A stretch of 64,000 bases of DNA, taken from assembly GCF_009834535.1 (NCBI RefSeq), contig NC_045696.1:103418001-103482000 (forward strand), in the 5' to 3' direction. The position numbers and the translations under genes were made by a program. Positions within the stretch are counted from its first letter, which is position 1, and every line of letters begins with the position of its first letter. The DNA is from Camelus ferus (taxonomy: Eukaryota). The notes under the pieces are model-generated. The model was not told the origin of the DNA, did not search any database, and worked only from the letters and a program-made list of their open reading frames with translations. Positions 10,798 to 23,934 of this stretch are shown piece after piece.

Positions 10798-11280
10798 TTC
10801 CTTCTACAGAATTTCTTCACACACCACATTTCTTGCGGCTATAAAGTCATTAGATGTTGGCCAGGTATCATTTTATCCCCTAAAACTTTGCTGGCATCAA
10901 AGTATGACAGTTAACCAGTGTTAAATCTATAAAATATTTACATAGCACAGCACATTAAGCTTTAGACACTTGGCAATTAAACCACATAAAAACTGGACAA
11001 GACCTCCCCATCCTCCATGTTCAGAACCAGGTGCTCACAGTCCCCATCTGGTGACTGTACAGGGTTCAACATGGTTCAAAAGGCAGCAGAGGCAACAGGC
11101 AGTTACTTCAGACGACACTGAACACTATGATCTGGAAGCACGTTGTGATGTTACCCCAGTGTCATGTACCACTCCACCCTTCTCCAAGGTGGTCTCATAA
11201 TTCTGGAATGACAGGTCCAGCTGATACAAAATGAAGACAGACAACACAACATTTACTCTGTGGAGATACTGTAATTCCTA

Positions 11281-11451
11281 CTATGGACGTGCGGTGATTT
11301 TGAATGCAACTCGTCCCAAAAACTTGTCGCGATCATCCTGGTTTTTTAGGTTGGGTGATCCATCAATCTTGCACTCAACTGTGGCTTCATTTATGGCATT
11401 GTTAGTTTCAAAGGTGACCTGGACAGCAACTAATGGCTGTAGATAGTTCAC
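11281..11451 (-). CDS. ATP1B3: ATP1B3 coding exon 7 ([12 protein letters not shown]...[18 protein letters not shown])
   Basis: Acceptor ctgccag|GTG; 171 nt to TAG at 11283-11281, followed by a second in-frame TAG. Confidence 0.98.
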   Translation of the reverse strand: MNYLQPLVAVQVTFETNNAINEATVECKIDGSPNLKNQDDRDKFLGRVAFKITARP

Positions 11452-11639
11452 CTGGCAGATAAAGGAAAATACATTAATTCAAATTCTACAGTAACTTTAT
11501 CTACATTTTATCAAGGAGTTGGGTTTTTTGGTAAAATTAAAAACAAGATTTTAATTTATTAATTAGATCTATTATTTTCTATCCTCAACCTTTTTTCCCT
11601 TAGCTGGATATTAATTTTCACTTTAATTTTTATTGATGA

Positions 11640-12050
11640 AAGTGTTTATGACTGAATTTTCCTCTTAGCGCTGCTTTAAATGTATTCCGTGATTATGTTG
11701 TGTTTCATTATTATTTTTTAGATATTCTATAATCTTGGTTTGAGTTCCTCCCTTAACCCAAGAGTTGTTTACAATAGAAAATTTCCACCTCCTCCTTTTC
11801 TGGAAGGGCTCATTTAATAATTTCTAGTTTTACTGCATAGTGATAAGAATGTACTGTAACATATTTCTATTTTATGAAACTTTAGGATGCATTTTTTAAT
11901 AAACTTTTGTGACCGTTCCAGGTCTGCTTGCCAAGGATATATATCATATTATCTATCTATTAGTATGTTTGATGAACATGCAGAAGATCTACCTTACTGA
12001 TTATGTTCCTTAGGTCTCTCATATCCTTACTAATGGTTGATGTGTAACTT
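11640..12050 (-). mobile_element. Old L1 fragment
   Basis: tttcctcttagcgctgcttta...ttgtgtttcattatt resembles antisense L1 ORF2 region. Confidence 0.5.
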
Positions 12051-12109
12051 GGTACAAATATACTCATAATTGTTTTGTCATCACTGTGGTTTCTAAACAC
12101 AATTCTTCA

Positions 12110-13270
12110 CTAAAAGGAACTAGGGGCTGATTCCAGGGCTTGAGGCAGGGAAGTACAAAATGAACCTGGAACATCGTTGTGCCAGAAAGTAAAGAAATGC
12201 TATAAAAAGCACAGGAGCATGTCAAAAGGACACAGGAACCAGAGCCAGCCTGAAGGTCTCCCACCAGCCAAATCAGGGACAATTTGAGCACCAAAATAAA
12301 TTATTATAACCCCTGAATTAAATAAAAATCCATGAGAATATACTCATATAAATGGTGGAGAAGGAAAAGTGCTTCCTTATAGAGGAATGCCAAGTAGTAA
12401 ATGGAAAAAGGAAAGACAGAGTCAGAAAAAAACATTTGGGAACAATTCTATTGGAACTAATTCAGGAAAGAATTAACAAATGCTAAAGCTATAGGAGAAA
12501 CAATTTTATAGACTCTCAAACTACTCTCCCAATATGATACTTATTGATTACAAAGGAAAAAAAGAAAAAGAAAAACCGTACAGTGGAGAAACCTGGCTGA
12601 CACCACCACAACCAAGTGTTTGAGGTTAACATCGCCATTAATGGGACCACTCAGCACATCTCTCCTGATACGCTATTCTGAAAAGAATTTAACATTTCTT
12701 CTGAGGCATTTTTGCCAAAAATGTACAACCTACACTTACTCATGAAAAACATCAGATAAACTCAAATTGAAGAATATAAAACAACAAAATGAGCCCCCAA
12801 AAGGGCCCATACTCATCTCTGAAGAGTACAAGGGCCTGAAACAGACAGGCTGAGATGTTTCAGGCTATATGTGACGAAAGATGCAACAGTGTAACACCTG
12901 GATCAGAAAAACACCTTTTCTTTTGCAATAAAGGACATTACTAGAACTGGTGAAATTTCAACAAGGGCTGTAGATGGGGTAATTATAATAGAGTTATCAA
13001 TGTTAATTTCCTTTGGTAACTATATGATTATATACGATAAAGTCCTTATTTTTAGCAAATTTAATGTTAAGAGCATTTAAGGTACTTAGTATAAAGAGGT
13101 ATCATGTTTATAACTTAGTGCCAGTGGTTCAGGGGTTGCATGCAAGTGGAGACTGGCAAGACAAATGAAGGAAAATAGTAACACTGGGAAATCCAGGCAA
13201 AGGGTCTGTAGGAATTCCTTGTACTATTCTAGCCGCTTTAAGTTTCAAATAATTTCAAAATAAAGTTTCA
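12110..13270 (+). mobile_element. L1MC-type 3' end remnant
   Basis: tacagtggagaaacctggctgacaccacc...aaccaagtg...gttaacatc and 3' terminus ttccttgtactatt...aaataatttcaaaataaag. Confidence 0.7.
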
Positions 13271-13401
13271 AAAGTATGTATATAAAATACTATTTACATA
13301 CATATTCTTAAAGAAAAAATATGGAAGAAATTACACTACAATACAGTTGTCTCTGGGTATTGAGCTTTTTTATTTCTTTACTACTTCCTTATATTCTTTA
13401 A

Positions 13402-13462
13402 GTTTTTAAAATTTTTTTAAATTGAAGTATAGTAAATTACAATGTGTCAATTTCTGGTGTCA
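13402..13462 (-). mobile_element. Ultra-short 5'-truncated camelid-type L1 3' end with 11-bp TSD
   Basis: ttttaaattgaagtatagtaaattacaatgtgtcaatttctggtgt flanked by atattctttaa at 13391-13401 and 13463-13473. Confidence 0.7.
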
Positions 13463-13723
13463 ATATTCTTTAAATAAGCACACTCTTAAGTAATGAAAGA
13501 GAAAATAGTATTTTGAAAATAATAATCCTTTAAAATCTACTTGAGTTTTGTGTTCTCAGCTGTAGATCTGGAGTCTCCGTTTGCCATCACCATTTGTACT
13601 TAAAAACCAGAAGAGATGATGCACAAGTTACACACGTCTACCTAACCCAGACAACTGACATTTTAATACAGATGTGCCAATTTCCCAAGAGTCACAACCA
13701 CTTAAGAACTTCTAAATACTTAC

Positions 13724-13810
13724 ATGCAGTTTCTTTCCATAATACGGAAAATATTTTAAGTCTATGTTTCCATTGGGAGGGTAGGTGGCTAGAACTGTTG
13801 TTTTTTCACT
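13724..13810 (-). CDS. ATP1B3: ATP1B3 coding exon 6 ([29 protein letters not shown])
   Basis: Acceptor ctttag|AGT, donor CAT|GTAAGT; 87 nt; YFPYYGK beta-subunit motif. Confidence 0.97.
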
Positions 13811-14482
13811 CTAAAGTTGAAAGCAAAAGAAATGTTATTTAGGTCACAGAAAAGTTTTTCAAAAAGCATTTTTATTAAAGCAGTATCAATTAAGGACAGT
13901 ATGGAGAAACTACAATGTTGCTCCAAATGCAATAATTACAAGTGTATTTTTGAAAAGAGACTTACTCATGGTGACTTAAACCCTTTGACACAAGCTATGC
14001 TGATTTCCTGATATATCCTATACACTTCTCCTTGACAATCCCTTTTAACTTACAGCCAGATCTACTCATGTACTGTCTGTAAAATCTTATCTGCCTTCCA
14101 ACTACCAAATGCCAGTTCTCCAGCCTGACAGCAGGAATGTACCAGTAGGTTAGGGACCAACGTATCCCTAAAATGAATGAAATATTGTGCTTCCAGACTG
14201 GAAAGGAATAGCCTCCCCAACCTAGAATGTACCACTCGGGCCTGGGAGGCAGCAGGACCAAAAGTTTCACTTGATTAACAACCATGATAACTGTAACCAG
14301 AAGGAGAAATTATGATACAGCTAACAAAAACTGTTAGGGAAAATTTAAAGTATTCGAAGAAATATCCTTCTTAACCAATTTAAATAACACATTTCCCTTG
14401 AAGTATTCTATGACCATACATAAAGCAATTAAAAGTATTATATGTCTACTGCAGTTACATTCCATGTACTTAAAAAACTGAT

Positions 14483-14745
14483 GTTAACAAAAGAAACAGA
14501 CTCTCAGATATAGGAAATGAACTAGTGGTTACCTGTGGGGAGAGGGAAGGGGAGGACAAGGGGGTTAAAAGGTACAAACTACCATGTATAAAATAAAAAA
14601 GCTAAAAGAATATATTGCACAGCACAGGGACTATAGCCAATATTTTACAATAACTATAAATAGAGTATAATCTTTAAAAATAGTGAATCACTGATGTACA
14701 CCTGTAACTTATATATAATACTGTATAAACTACATCTCCAAAAAA
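14483..14745 (+). mobile_element. 5'-truncated artiodactyl-type L1 3' end with 11-bp TSD
   Basis: aaacagactctcagatatagg...agtggttacc...cacagggactatagccaatatt...tacacctgtaac; TSD aaaaaactgat at 14472-14482 and 14740-14750. Confidence 0.85.
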
Positions 14746-17232
14746 CTGATAAACGTGATGAAACATATACAAATCCAGTATTCTTGAAACGTAAACAATT
14801 TATGCAAACTCTCATGTAACACATTCTCAATAGGCCTAATATTAACGACTAAGTTTAACACATACTGAGTAGGTAACAGAGGAACAATAATTAAAATCAG
14901 TGGCAACTTTATTAACACTAATTTAAAATAAAACATTACTAAATGTTTGAACTCCAGTTTTGAATAAACTGATGTCTGTTTTTGAAAGCAAACATAAACA
15001 CTATAGCAAAACTAAGACTCTCCTGTAAGGGAAGCCCTACTCTCCGCTTACTTCACTTAGCTCTCATGAAGGAGCACGTGGACAAGTGAGTCAGGCAAGA
15101 CAGCACAGAGTGATGACACCCACAAAGAGGGAACATCGCAACAGTCCAGGTCACAGACATGAGAAAAGAACAGGAGACAGCAAGGCCAAGACAAACTGCA
15201 GGAGCCACTGTCAATCACTATTCAGACACCACCCTATGTTTGTACTCCTTAATTTTAAAAAGTTGCAAGTCTAAAATAGCATTCACTTAGGAGAGAAAAC
15301 AATAATCACTTACACGTAAGTGCTTTTTTACATTAATTACTTTTGTGTAACCTACTTTCCCTTAATATATTGAGCTCAGTTCACAGCAACACAGAGACGT
15401 TCCCCTTAACTGGTCTTCTCTGGGCTACAGTTCAGAGCACTTCAGGGTGTACTCCAGCAGATACCACACTCAACTGATATCTACCTCATTTGGGCCGAAC
15501 AACCCTTAAGTGCATGCGATCAACCACAGCGAGGGGAACGGAGGCTCCGAGTTAAGGTCACATGCTCAATTAAAGGCTCTCTTGGCTTGTACCTAGACCA
15601 TAACGTTGGCAGGCTTTTACTTAAACTTGTGTTTTATACCTTCTGTGAAAACATTTAGAAATTGCAAAATAATAAAATGCATATCTGAAAATGATGAGAT
15701 ATTTTAGGGGAAAACTACACATCACGGTTTTTCTACACAATACAAATGGAATGATACTGGAAACTATGAACTAAGTCCAAGAGCCCATTAGCACTAAGTT
15801 CCACTGAAAACAAAATAAAGTTTTAAATTTAATGTATTTTGTTTCTTTTATACAGTCATCACCTGTAAATGACTTGAAAAATATAAACCGAATGTTCTAA
15901 GCAGTGGTAATCTCTGGGTAGTATTTACCTATAATTTTCCTTCTGCATTTTTCTAATTTTTCTTAAATAAAGTTTATTTTGTAAGAAGATAAAATACCGG
16001 AAAAAATTCATACATATGAGTGTTACATCTTTTGCAGGAACCATTCTTTAAAATTAAAGGCCACCTCTAAGAGCATGCTCTGTCATCAACGTTCTAGTGT
16101 TTCCAGGACTCTTAACTTGTATAAAATCAATTAAAGCAGATCAAAGTTAAGGATGCAAGACAAAATAAAAGACAAATGTATTACATAAAAAGTAATTCAG
16201 CTAAAGAATTTACAGTAAAGAACACCTGATATAGGCAAACCTAATGGAAAACAGCATTATAAAGATACACAGCACATGTTTCCGTCTGTTCAGAGCCGCG
16301 TCTCTAAACTTTAATAGATCCCACCTGATTACTCCTTTGCGACTAGCCTGGGAGTAAAATGCAGTGTTTTACGAACATTTCTTCCAATTTCACGTTTTTC
16401 TAAAAACAAAAATATTCCACAACTAAATAAAACAAAACCCCCATCTATTTTGGTTATTTTCTGTACTTTCCACGTAATTCTTCACAACAAAAGGGACAGC
16501 AAACAGATATCCAAGTCCAGAAAGTTTCATTAGCATTTCCCCCAACTATTCTAGGAGTAAAGGATACATAATGGATAAACAAGGAGAAAAATCCATTTAA
16601 AATCTCAAGGGAAGAGTTACATGGAGTTGTTTATACCAGCCAAAGGCTTACAGAATGGAACCCTTAGGAGAAGAAAGCTTTTGCCCTTCTGCAAAATTCA
16701 TGTGTGTATGTTTCCTTTCTTGGTGGTGTTGGCTCCACAGACCCACTGTTTCAAGAGTATCTCAGGGGTCTGCTCACATGCAGAGGCAAAATCTCCTGTA
16801 CACAGGATACTGGCATAAAACCATCACTTCCACCTGGCTGAAGCCCTGTGTCCAGCCTCGGGAACTTTCTATTGGAAAGACTTGCAAGCAAGGGGGATCA
16901 CAGAGTTACACAATACTTTTCTAAATCTGTCTTGTGGCCGTAATGTTTTCTTCTGTCTTAAAAAGATAACACTAGATGCTCACTAGATTTTTAGAAGGAT
17001 TTGTACACCAAGAAAAACTCGCCTTAGACATAGCATCTGGTTTTAAGTGAGATTCTGTTTTTTTCTCCAAGTTTCCTGCTGAGCTAACTATGGCATAAGG
17101 AGATAAAGTGAATTGTCTATGATCCCACATGCATACTTCGACTCAGATGAGAACCACAAACTTCCTGGCTTTTTATTCTACCCTAAACAGTGAATAAATA
17201 CTCCACATAAATAAATAAGGATACTCTGAAAT

Positions 17233-17401
17233 GGGAGTTCTCAAAAGTGTGGGTCCCAGACCCGCAGCATCAGCAGAAACTTCAGTGAGAAATGCAAGTT
17301 TCGGGGCCTCACACCAGACCTACTGAGTCAGAAACTGTGGGACTGGGACCCAATAAGCCCTCCAAGTGATTCTGACGCATGACCAGATTCGAGAACCACC
17401 C
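17233..17401 (+). mobile_element. MER5A (hAT-Charlie MITE)
   Basis: gttctcaaaagtgtgggtcccagacc..gcagcatcagc...agacctactgagtcagaaact...aagccctccaagtgattctga...gagaaccac. Confidence 0.8.
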
Positions 17402-18198
17402 AGCAAGAAGCTCCTGGCTAAGTGAGAAATCCATTCATAGTTAAAAGGAATTACAGCTGGTTTTTTTTTTTTCACAGACAACTTTAGAAGTGATTTCAAC
17501 GTAACATTTCAAGTAAGATATTTCTAACATATAACGGAGTTAGAATGCTAGTATTTCACACAACGATAAAATTAGGAATGTACAATTTAACAGTCTCTCC
17601 TAAGAACTCTTACCCATCATTTACATATCTGTCTTAGTTGCACTTTGCAGCATGGAGAGAAAACAAAAGAAATTATGAAATGAAAACTGCACAGCACTCT
17701 GGAAAAAATAAAGTAAGGATAGGAGACCAAAATAATGCCTATACTCTAAGGAAAACGTATCATGTTTCATTAAATCTCAGATGCCATGGATATAACGGAT
17801 CTATGTACTATTAAGAAAGAAAAACTCTTATACACCATTAAGACACTATGAATTATAAGGCCAACCCCAATTTCAGTGTTACTAAGCCAGAAAAAAAAAA
17901 AAAGAAAGTGAATCTCAGAATCAATGAAACATGGTATATCTAAATACAAAGGCCAAATATATGAAATCAAATGCAAATGGAAAACAAGTCTTTTTGAATT
18001 ATCAATAGCAAACAGAGAGGGGCTACCCCCTAGGCTGGTAAGGTTGGTGGAGTTCTTGTCTTCTAAGAATGGCAATACAATGGACTTGGGAAATGTGACA
18101 GGGAAGGAAAAAAGATGACTAACCTCGTTAGACTTTTAAAGAACTCTTAAGACACACTAAAGCTTTAACAGAAATTGGATTATTTTCTGAATACTAAC

Positions 18199-18249
18199 CT
18201 TCAAAATACATTCTATCCTTGGTTCTCCTTGAGGCTTTAATCCAATTAT
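18199..18249 (-). CDS. ATP1B3: ATP1B3 coding exon 5 (IIGLKPQGEPRIECILK)
   Basis: Acceptor ccatag|ATA, donor AAG|GTTAGT; 51 nt. Confidence 0.96.
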
Positions 18250-19341
18250 CTATGGTAAAGAAAAATTGATTAATTGAAACATCACAAATGTATACACAGA
18301 ACCTCTTCCTTTATTGCTGGGGACCAGGGATGGAAGGGCTGAGATGACTACTAACACTGTATTAAAACCCCGTTACATCTGCCCTTTAATTTTATTTTAG
18401 AAGATTAGAATGGGCTTTTCAAGACAATAATCTCTACCAATTAGCCATCTTATTATAATACTGGGGCAATTTAGAAAATAAATCAGTTACCCAAGAATTG
18501 ACCAAAACAGAGTATTGCAATTTGCTACCCTTAAAACAGAAACCTTTAAATTTCATTATATATATGAACAAATCATTAATGAAAACAAGAACTGCAGAGG
18601 TAGTTTAATGACTAACTGGTCTTCATGAAAATATAGTTGGTCACAACCCTACCACATGCTTCCATAAGGCTTCCACAGAGCCCCACCATATTTCAAATCT
18701 GTCTGCTCTACAAAACGCATACGTTGGGAGAATCCCATTTTAAGACTCTCAGCGTCATTCAGTTCTATGTAACGAGGCTACTTAGTGTGTAAGTAGTTGA
18801 TATAACTAACTCTGTATGAATGATAACATATTTATCTATTTTGTGAGAGGACTTTCTAGCATTTTGATCTTACGTGCATCTTACATGTGAATGCCTGTAA
18901 AATATAAATACTCCTCCCAAAAGACAAATACTGTTGCAACCTAAATAATAACTTCAGGAGCAGTAACTATCCTTGCCCTTGTAATGACTTTGGAACAAAC
19001 TCTACTGGGACTAAATGCCCTGCCTACAAATGTGGGTAACATCTCATCACTGATTTCCCTGTGCCTGATGTCTTCCTGCCACACCTATAAAGGTCTGTCC
19101 TTATCAGCAAGAATAATCTTAGACCCTGAACATTTAAAGGACATACTGACAAAGAATATAAACAGAGGACTGGTCCTAAGGGAGAAGGCACTGGAACTTC
19201 TCTTGCCTTTACACTGGAAACAGATTTTTCTATCAATCTAGGTGTTGTGAAGATACTCCCAGGAGTATTACATGGATTTAATCCTGTTAAAAAGAATACA
19301 TTTAATTATCTTAACAAGCTGGATCATCTAGTTTCACAGTA

Positions 19342-19629
19342 TAGTTGGCCCTCCCTATTTACAGGCTCCACATCTGTGAAGTCTACCAACACTGGATCAA
19401 AAACATTCAGGGGGAAAAATTCCAGAAGTTCTAAAAAAGCAAAACTTGAATTCGCTATATTGAATTAGGTATTATTAGTAGTCTAGAGATGATTTTAAGT
19501 GTATGGGAGGATATGTGTAGGTTACATGCAAATACTACACCATTTTATATAGGGGCCTTGAGCACCCCCAGATTTTGCTATCCTTAGTGGTCCTGGAACC
19601 AATCCCCCACAGATACCGAGGGATAACTG
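19342..19629 (-). mobile_element. MER2/MER2B (TcMar-Tigger MITE)
   Basis: TA target sites on both sides; TIRs tagttggccctc / gagggataactg; internal tcctggaaccaatcccccacagataccgaggg. Confidence 0.85.
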
Positions 19630-20699
19630 TATATGACTACAAGGATCATCTCGTGTGGATTATGAAAACCCATTTCTATTTTATTATAGAAGCTCCCACA
19701 GCATTTCTGGGGAAAGAATAGGCATCTCCTTGAAACAGTTGTTTACTTGCTCCTACTTCCCTGTCTACCTAGTCTTCAGCTCCATCTCCACTTTGTTAAC
19801 CTTAATTCTTTCTCTTGCTAAAACATCCCACTCATCATTTATTGAGCACTATGTATCAGGCAATGTTTCAGAATGATCCCTAGAGTGCTATGGCATAATC
19901 AGAACCTAATGGTGGGGGTGGGGGAGGAGAGGATGGAGTCTGTTTAGGAAACTGCCTTTTCTCTGAGTAAATGAACAGGAATGACCTCCCTCTTCAAGGC
20001 AGACCTTGCAGGCCTCAACAGGTTAACTGTACCAGAACACAACTCTGCAATACATTTATAGAGCAGCACGGGGCAGGGTTGGGGACACTTCATGACGCAA
20101 GGGAAGCGCCTTCCCTTGCACAATGACCCCAAGACATTACTACTTAGATGCAGAGAACATTAGCTTCTTGATGTGCTAATGGTGATACAGTTTAGGCACC
20201 CCCTCTAGACCATACAGTAAAACACTGCTGAGCTCATTTTAACACAATTCTATTTGTACTTTTACTATTTAATTACATAGACATATACTATAAAAATATG
20301 CTTTGCTACTAATCCAGAGAAGGTTAAGCAAGACAAAACTTTATAGATTTGCCGTGGGATTTTAAATTACCATACAGGATGCAAAGATGAGCACTGCACA
20401 TTAATACAACGATGCTGTGGGCGTCACCCCCAGAACACCGGACCCCTGAAGCACTGATCCATGCTTAAGTGCACATGGCTAGTTCCAAAAGGAAAAAGCT
20501 AAAGTTGTTTTCCTCTCTAATCCATGACTAATTTATGAACCAACTGGTTTTTTTCTGTATTAATTTTTCAAAGGTCAGTATCACTGCTAGCCTTTTACAC
20601 AAGCTACCCCTAGGTGAGACAGCATTTAATAAATAGTTGCCAGCTTCTTAATAGAGGAGATTAGAAAAAAGCAGCAGCAGCAATAAAATATGTACATAC

Positions 20700-20884
20700 T
20701 CTGTTCATTTTCACAAGAATACAAGGGCTTCCTTTGGAGTAGCCAAAGTCGGGGTCATCCACACCACTGCATGCTTCAAGTAAGGCACGAGGAAACGGAC
20801 ATGCAACGTAAACTGGACCCTTCTGTTCATTCAGTTTTCCATCAGTACAAACTGTGAGATTCTTCTGTTCTTCTAAGTCATATG
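20700..20884 (-). CDS. ATP1B3: ATP1B3 coding exon 4 ([12 protein letters not shown]...PCILVKMNR)
   Basis: Acceptor ttttttag|CA, donor AGA|GTATGT; 185 nt; visible in ORF 20661..20900. Confidence 0.98.
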
Positions 20885-22218
20885 CTAAAAAAGGAAACAT
20901 GTATGTGTGTATAAATCAGCCAAGAAAGGACCTTAAACACAACCAGAAACATATCATCCTTTGCATAATATTCTTCAAAGACAAAAACAGCACTGCTAAT
21001 TACTGGATAATTTTAGGGAAAGAATGTTAAGTTTGTTCCTTTAACTTCTAACAGATGTCTAGTGCTCTGCACTGTACCGCACTTCAATGATACAGAACTG
21101 GGTTACATATCAATTTCTTTTGTCACCATTAGGTGGCACCAGCCATAGCTACAGCATTATCTGAATGCCTTTGATGTTCTTGGCCCAAAAGATACAAAGT
21201 TGAGGACAAGGGCATCAGAGTCTTGCCCTTACGGAGCTTATGGTGTAGTGGGGAAGACAGGTGTTAAGTATAAAATCATAACTGCAGGGCCTGAAGACAC
21301 ACAGGGCTATGGCAGCCCACACTACAGGGGGTGCACAGAGATGAGAGGTAAAGGCGAACGTGTGAGTTAATGTTAGCTTACAGAAGGGTGTTTTCAGCAG
21401 AGACGGAGGTAACTAGATAGACTCGAGGATTACAACTTGAAGATGGGAAAGAAAGGAGAGTGAGACATATATAATGGTTTTTAGAAATGTGCTGTGTACT
21501 GGAACAGTGTGGACAAGTGGCACAACAGTGAGCAAGTCTGCTGTGGTCCCTGCCTCGGTGAGTTTGGGCTACTGAAAGACACTCACTAATAAACAGGGAA
21601 GACAGGGTGCCACAATGTCTCGTAAGAACTGTGGATGTGTGGGTGTAACTGGTACCAGGAAGAGGCCACCTAAAATGAATTCAACCCAAACAGGAACCAA
21701 AAGTAAATGCATTTAAAAGGAAGTGTGGATCCTTCCCTTGGGAAAACTTTGTCAAAATTTTTGGTTTCATCTTAAATTTATCAAAAATTAGAATATCATG
21801 GGGACTATGTACCCCTGTGAAAGCCAAGAGTGACTCAGGTATTGGGATGGGGGGATGGGGGAAACTTTCACAATAGAATAGCACCTTATGAAATTCATCA
21901 CTTCCTTTTGACTTTCGTGGCACAACCATAAGGTCATTTTGCAGGAAACACTCAAGGCCTACACCAGTTTCCCCCAAGGGCTTCTCTCGCATATCCCCTG
22001 CTGATAGAGGCCAGTTCATCAGGGACCATTTTTCTATGATGTCAACTTTCACTTCTACACAAAATTGCTCTAATTACAAGAGTTGGATGATGAGTGTTCA
22101 GAATGAAGACCACTCATCCAGGGCACAGTGGGAATGGAAAGACCACTGACCCAGAGAGTGTAATCAAAGAGCCCCATACTCCTGAGGAAAGCCTAACATA
22201 AGAGAAAGAAAGGTGGAA

Positions 22219-22370
22219 GGGGAAAGGGAACAACAGCTCAGTGGTAGAGCATGTGCCTAGCAAGCAAGAGGTCCTGGGTTCAATCCCCAGTCCTTTCATT
22301 ATAAAACAAACAAACAAACAAACAAACCTAATTCCCTCCATCAAAAAAAAAAAAAAAAAAAAAGAAAAAA
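22219..22370 (+). mobile_element. Camelid tRNA-derived SINE (Vic-1-like)
   Basis: agctcagtggtagagc A box, ggttcaatcccc B box, (caaa)n, cctaatt and an A-tail. Confidence 0.85.
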
Positions 22371-23014
22371 GGTGCAGGGGAGGGTAGGGAAGATCTGAAA
22401 GAGATAAACTAAACAAAATAAAACTTAAAATTGTACTTAGCATTTAGAGGAAAAAGGAAAAAGAGAAAATAATGTATCTCTTAACAACAGACTGTATCTT
22501 TTAAACATGAGAAAGGCATTTCTAAGAACAATGACAACTGAAAGTTTCGAAAAAGAGGGAGTGGGGGTTCAAACATTAAATTAAGTAATTAAGTAAATCC
22601 TCATTATAATAAAGTAAAAACAGAAAGTAAGAGAAAAACAAGAGATCCAATATCCAATGACTAATGAATAGTTCTAGCAAGAGAATCAGAAAGCTGAGGT
22701 GAGGGAATTTTGAAGTAATAATAGATAATTTTCCTCAACTAGAGAACCCAAGTCTTCATCCTGAAAGACCTCAACAAGTTTCCAGCAAAGTGATGTTTTA
22801 GAAACTGACACCAGTATACAGAACTTTTAGAACGCTAAAATTTTAGAATATTTAAAAAACAGACAAAAAACCAATTTTGCAGAGAAGAAAAAGGCAAACA
22901 CAAAGGAACTAAAGTCCTATTCAACTTCATAGCTAAACTATGAACGATAAAAACAGAATTAGGTCACATTCAGAAATAAAGGGACTAAAAATTTACATTT
23001 ATCTGTTTAACTTC

Positions 23015-23495
23015 AATTTTTTTAAACTGTGATATAACCCACATGTAACATTATATTCATTTCAGGTGTACAACACAATGAACGACTGAACATTTGTATA
23101 CGTCGTGAAATGATTACCGTAAGTCTGTTAACAGCTGTCCCCATATAAAGTTACAAAATGTTTTCCTTGTGATGAAGACTTTTAAGACCTGCTCTCTCAG
23201 CAACTTTCAAATACGCAATCCAGTATTACCAACCATAGTCACCATGCTGCACGTTAGATTTTATAATTGGAAGTTTGTACCTTTTGACTCCCCTTCATCA
23301 TCTCATACAACGCCCACCCCCTGCCCCTGTCAACCACCAATCTGTTCTGTGAGCTTGGTTTTTGTTTTGTTTTGCTTTGCTTCTTATATTCCACATGTAA
23401 GTGAGATCATGTCTTTGTCTTAGCATCACGTCACTTAGCATCAGGCCCTCAAGATCTGTCCAAGTTGTCACAAACAGCAAGACTTCATTCTGCAA
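23015..23495 (-). mobile_element. L1MA-type 3' end including the ORF2 C-terminus
   Basis: Translation FVTTWTDLEGLMLSDV matches the L1 ORF2 C-terminal motif (TTWMDLEGIMLSEI); typical L1 3'UTR. Confidence 0.85.
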
Positions 23496-23934
23496 ATACT
23501 ATAGTGGTAATAATATATATAACGGAATATTATTCATATATCTTTTCTTATAAAGTTACTTGAGAATATGCCATCAAAACTAGGGAGTAAATTAAGAAAA
23601 AAAGGCAGGAGCCAAGAAACAGGTGAATCCAATCCAAAAGTAACCAAGGGTACAAATAAAGGAGTCAGAGGACAGTCTCTACAGATGATAGAATAGGTCG
23701 CAAAGACAAAGTACAACAAGGCAACCAACAATGAGACTAAAAATAGTAATTCAATTACCTTCGAACTGATGCTAGGGAAAGGTCTGAGTCATGTGAGCTA
23801 AGTCCTCTTCTAACATGGCAGGAAGTAAAGACAATGCATAAAAGTGATAAATCAAGAACCATCAGAAAAATATAATAAAGACATAGAAGAAAAATACAGT
23901 AAGAAAAAGGTAAAAAACATGAAGGTATTTCCTA

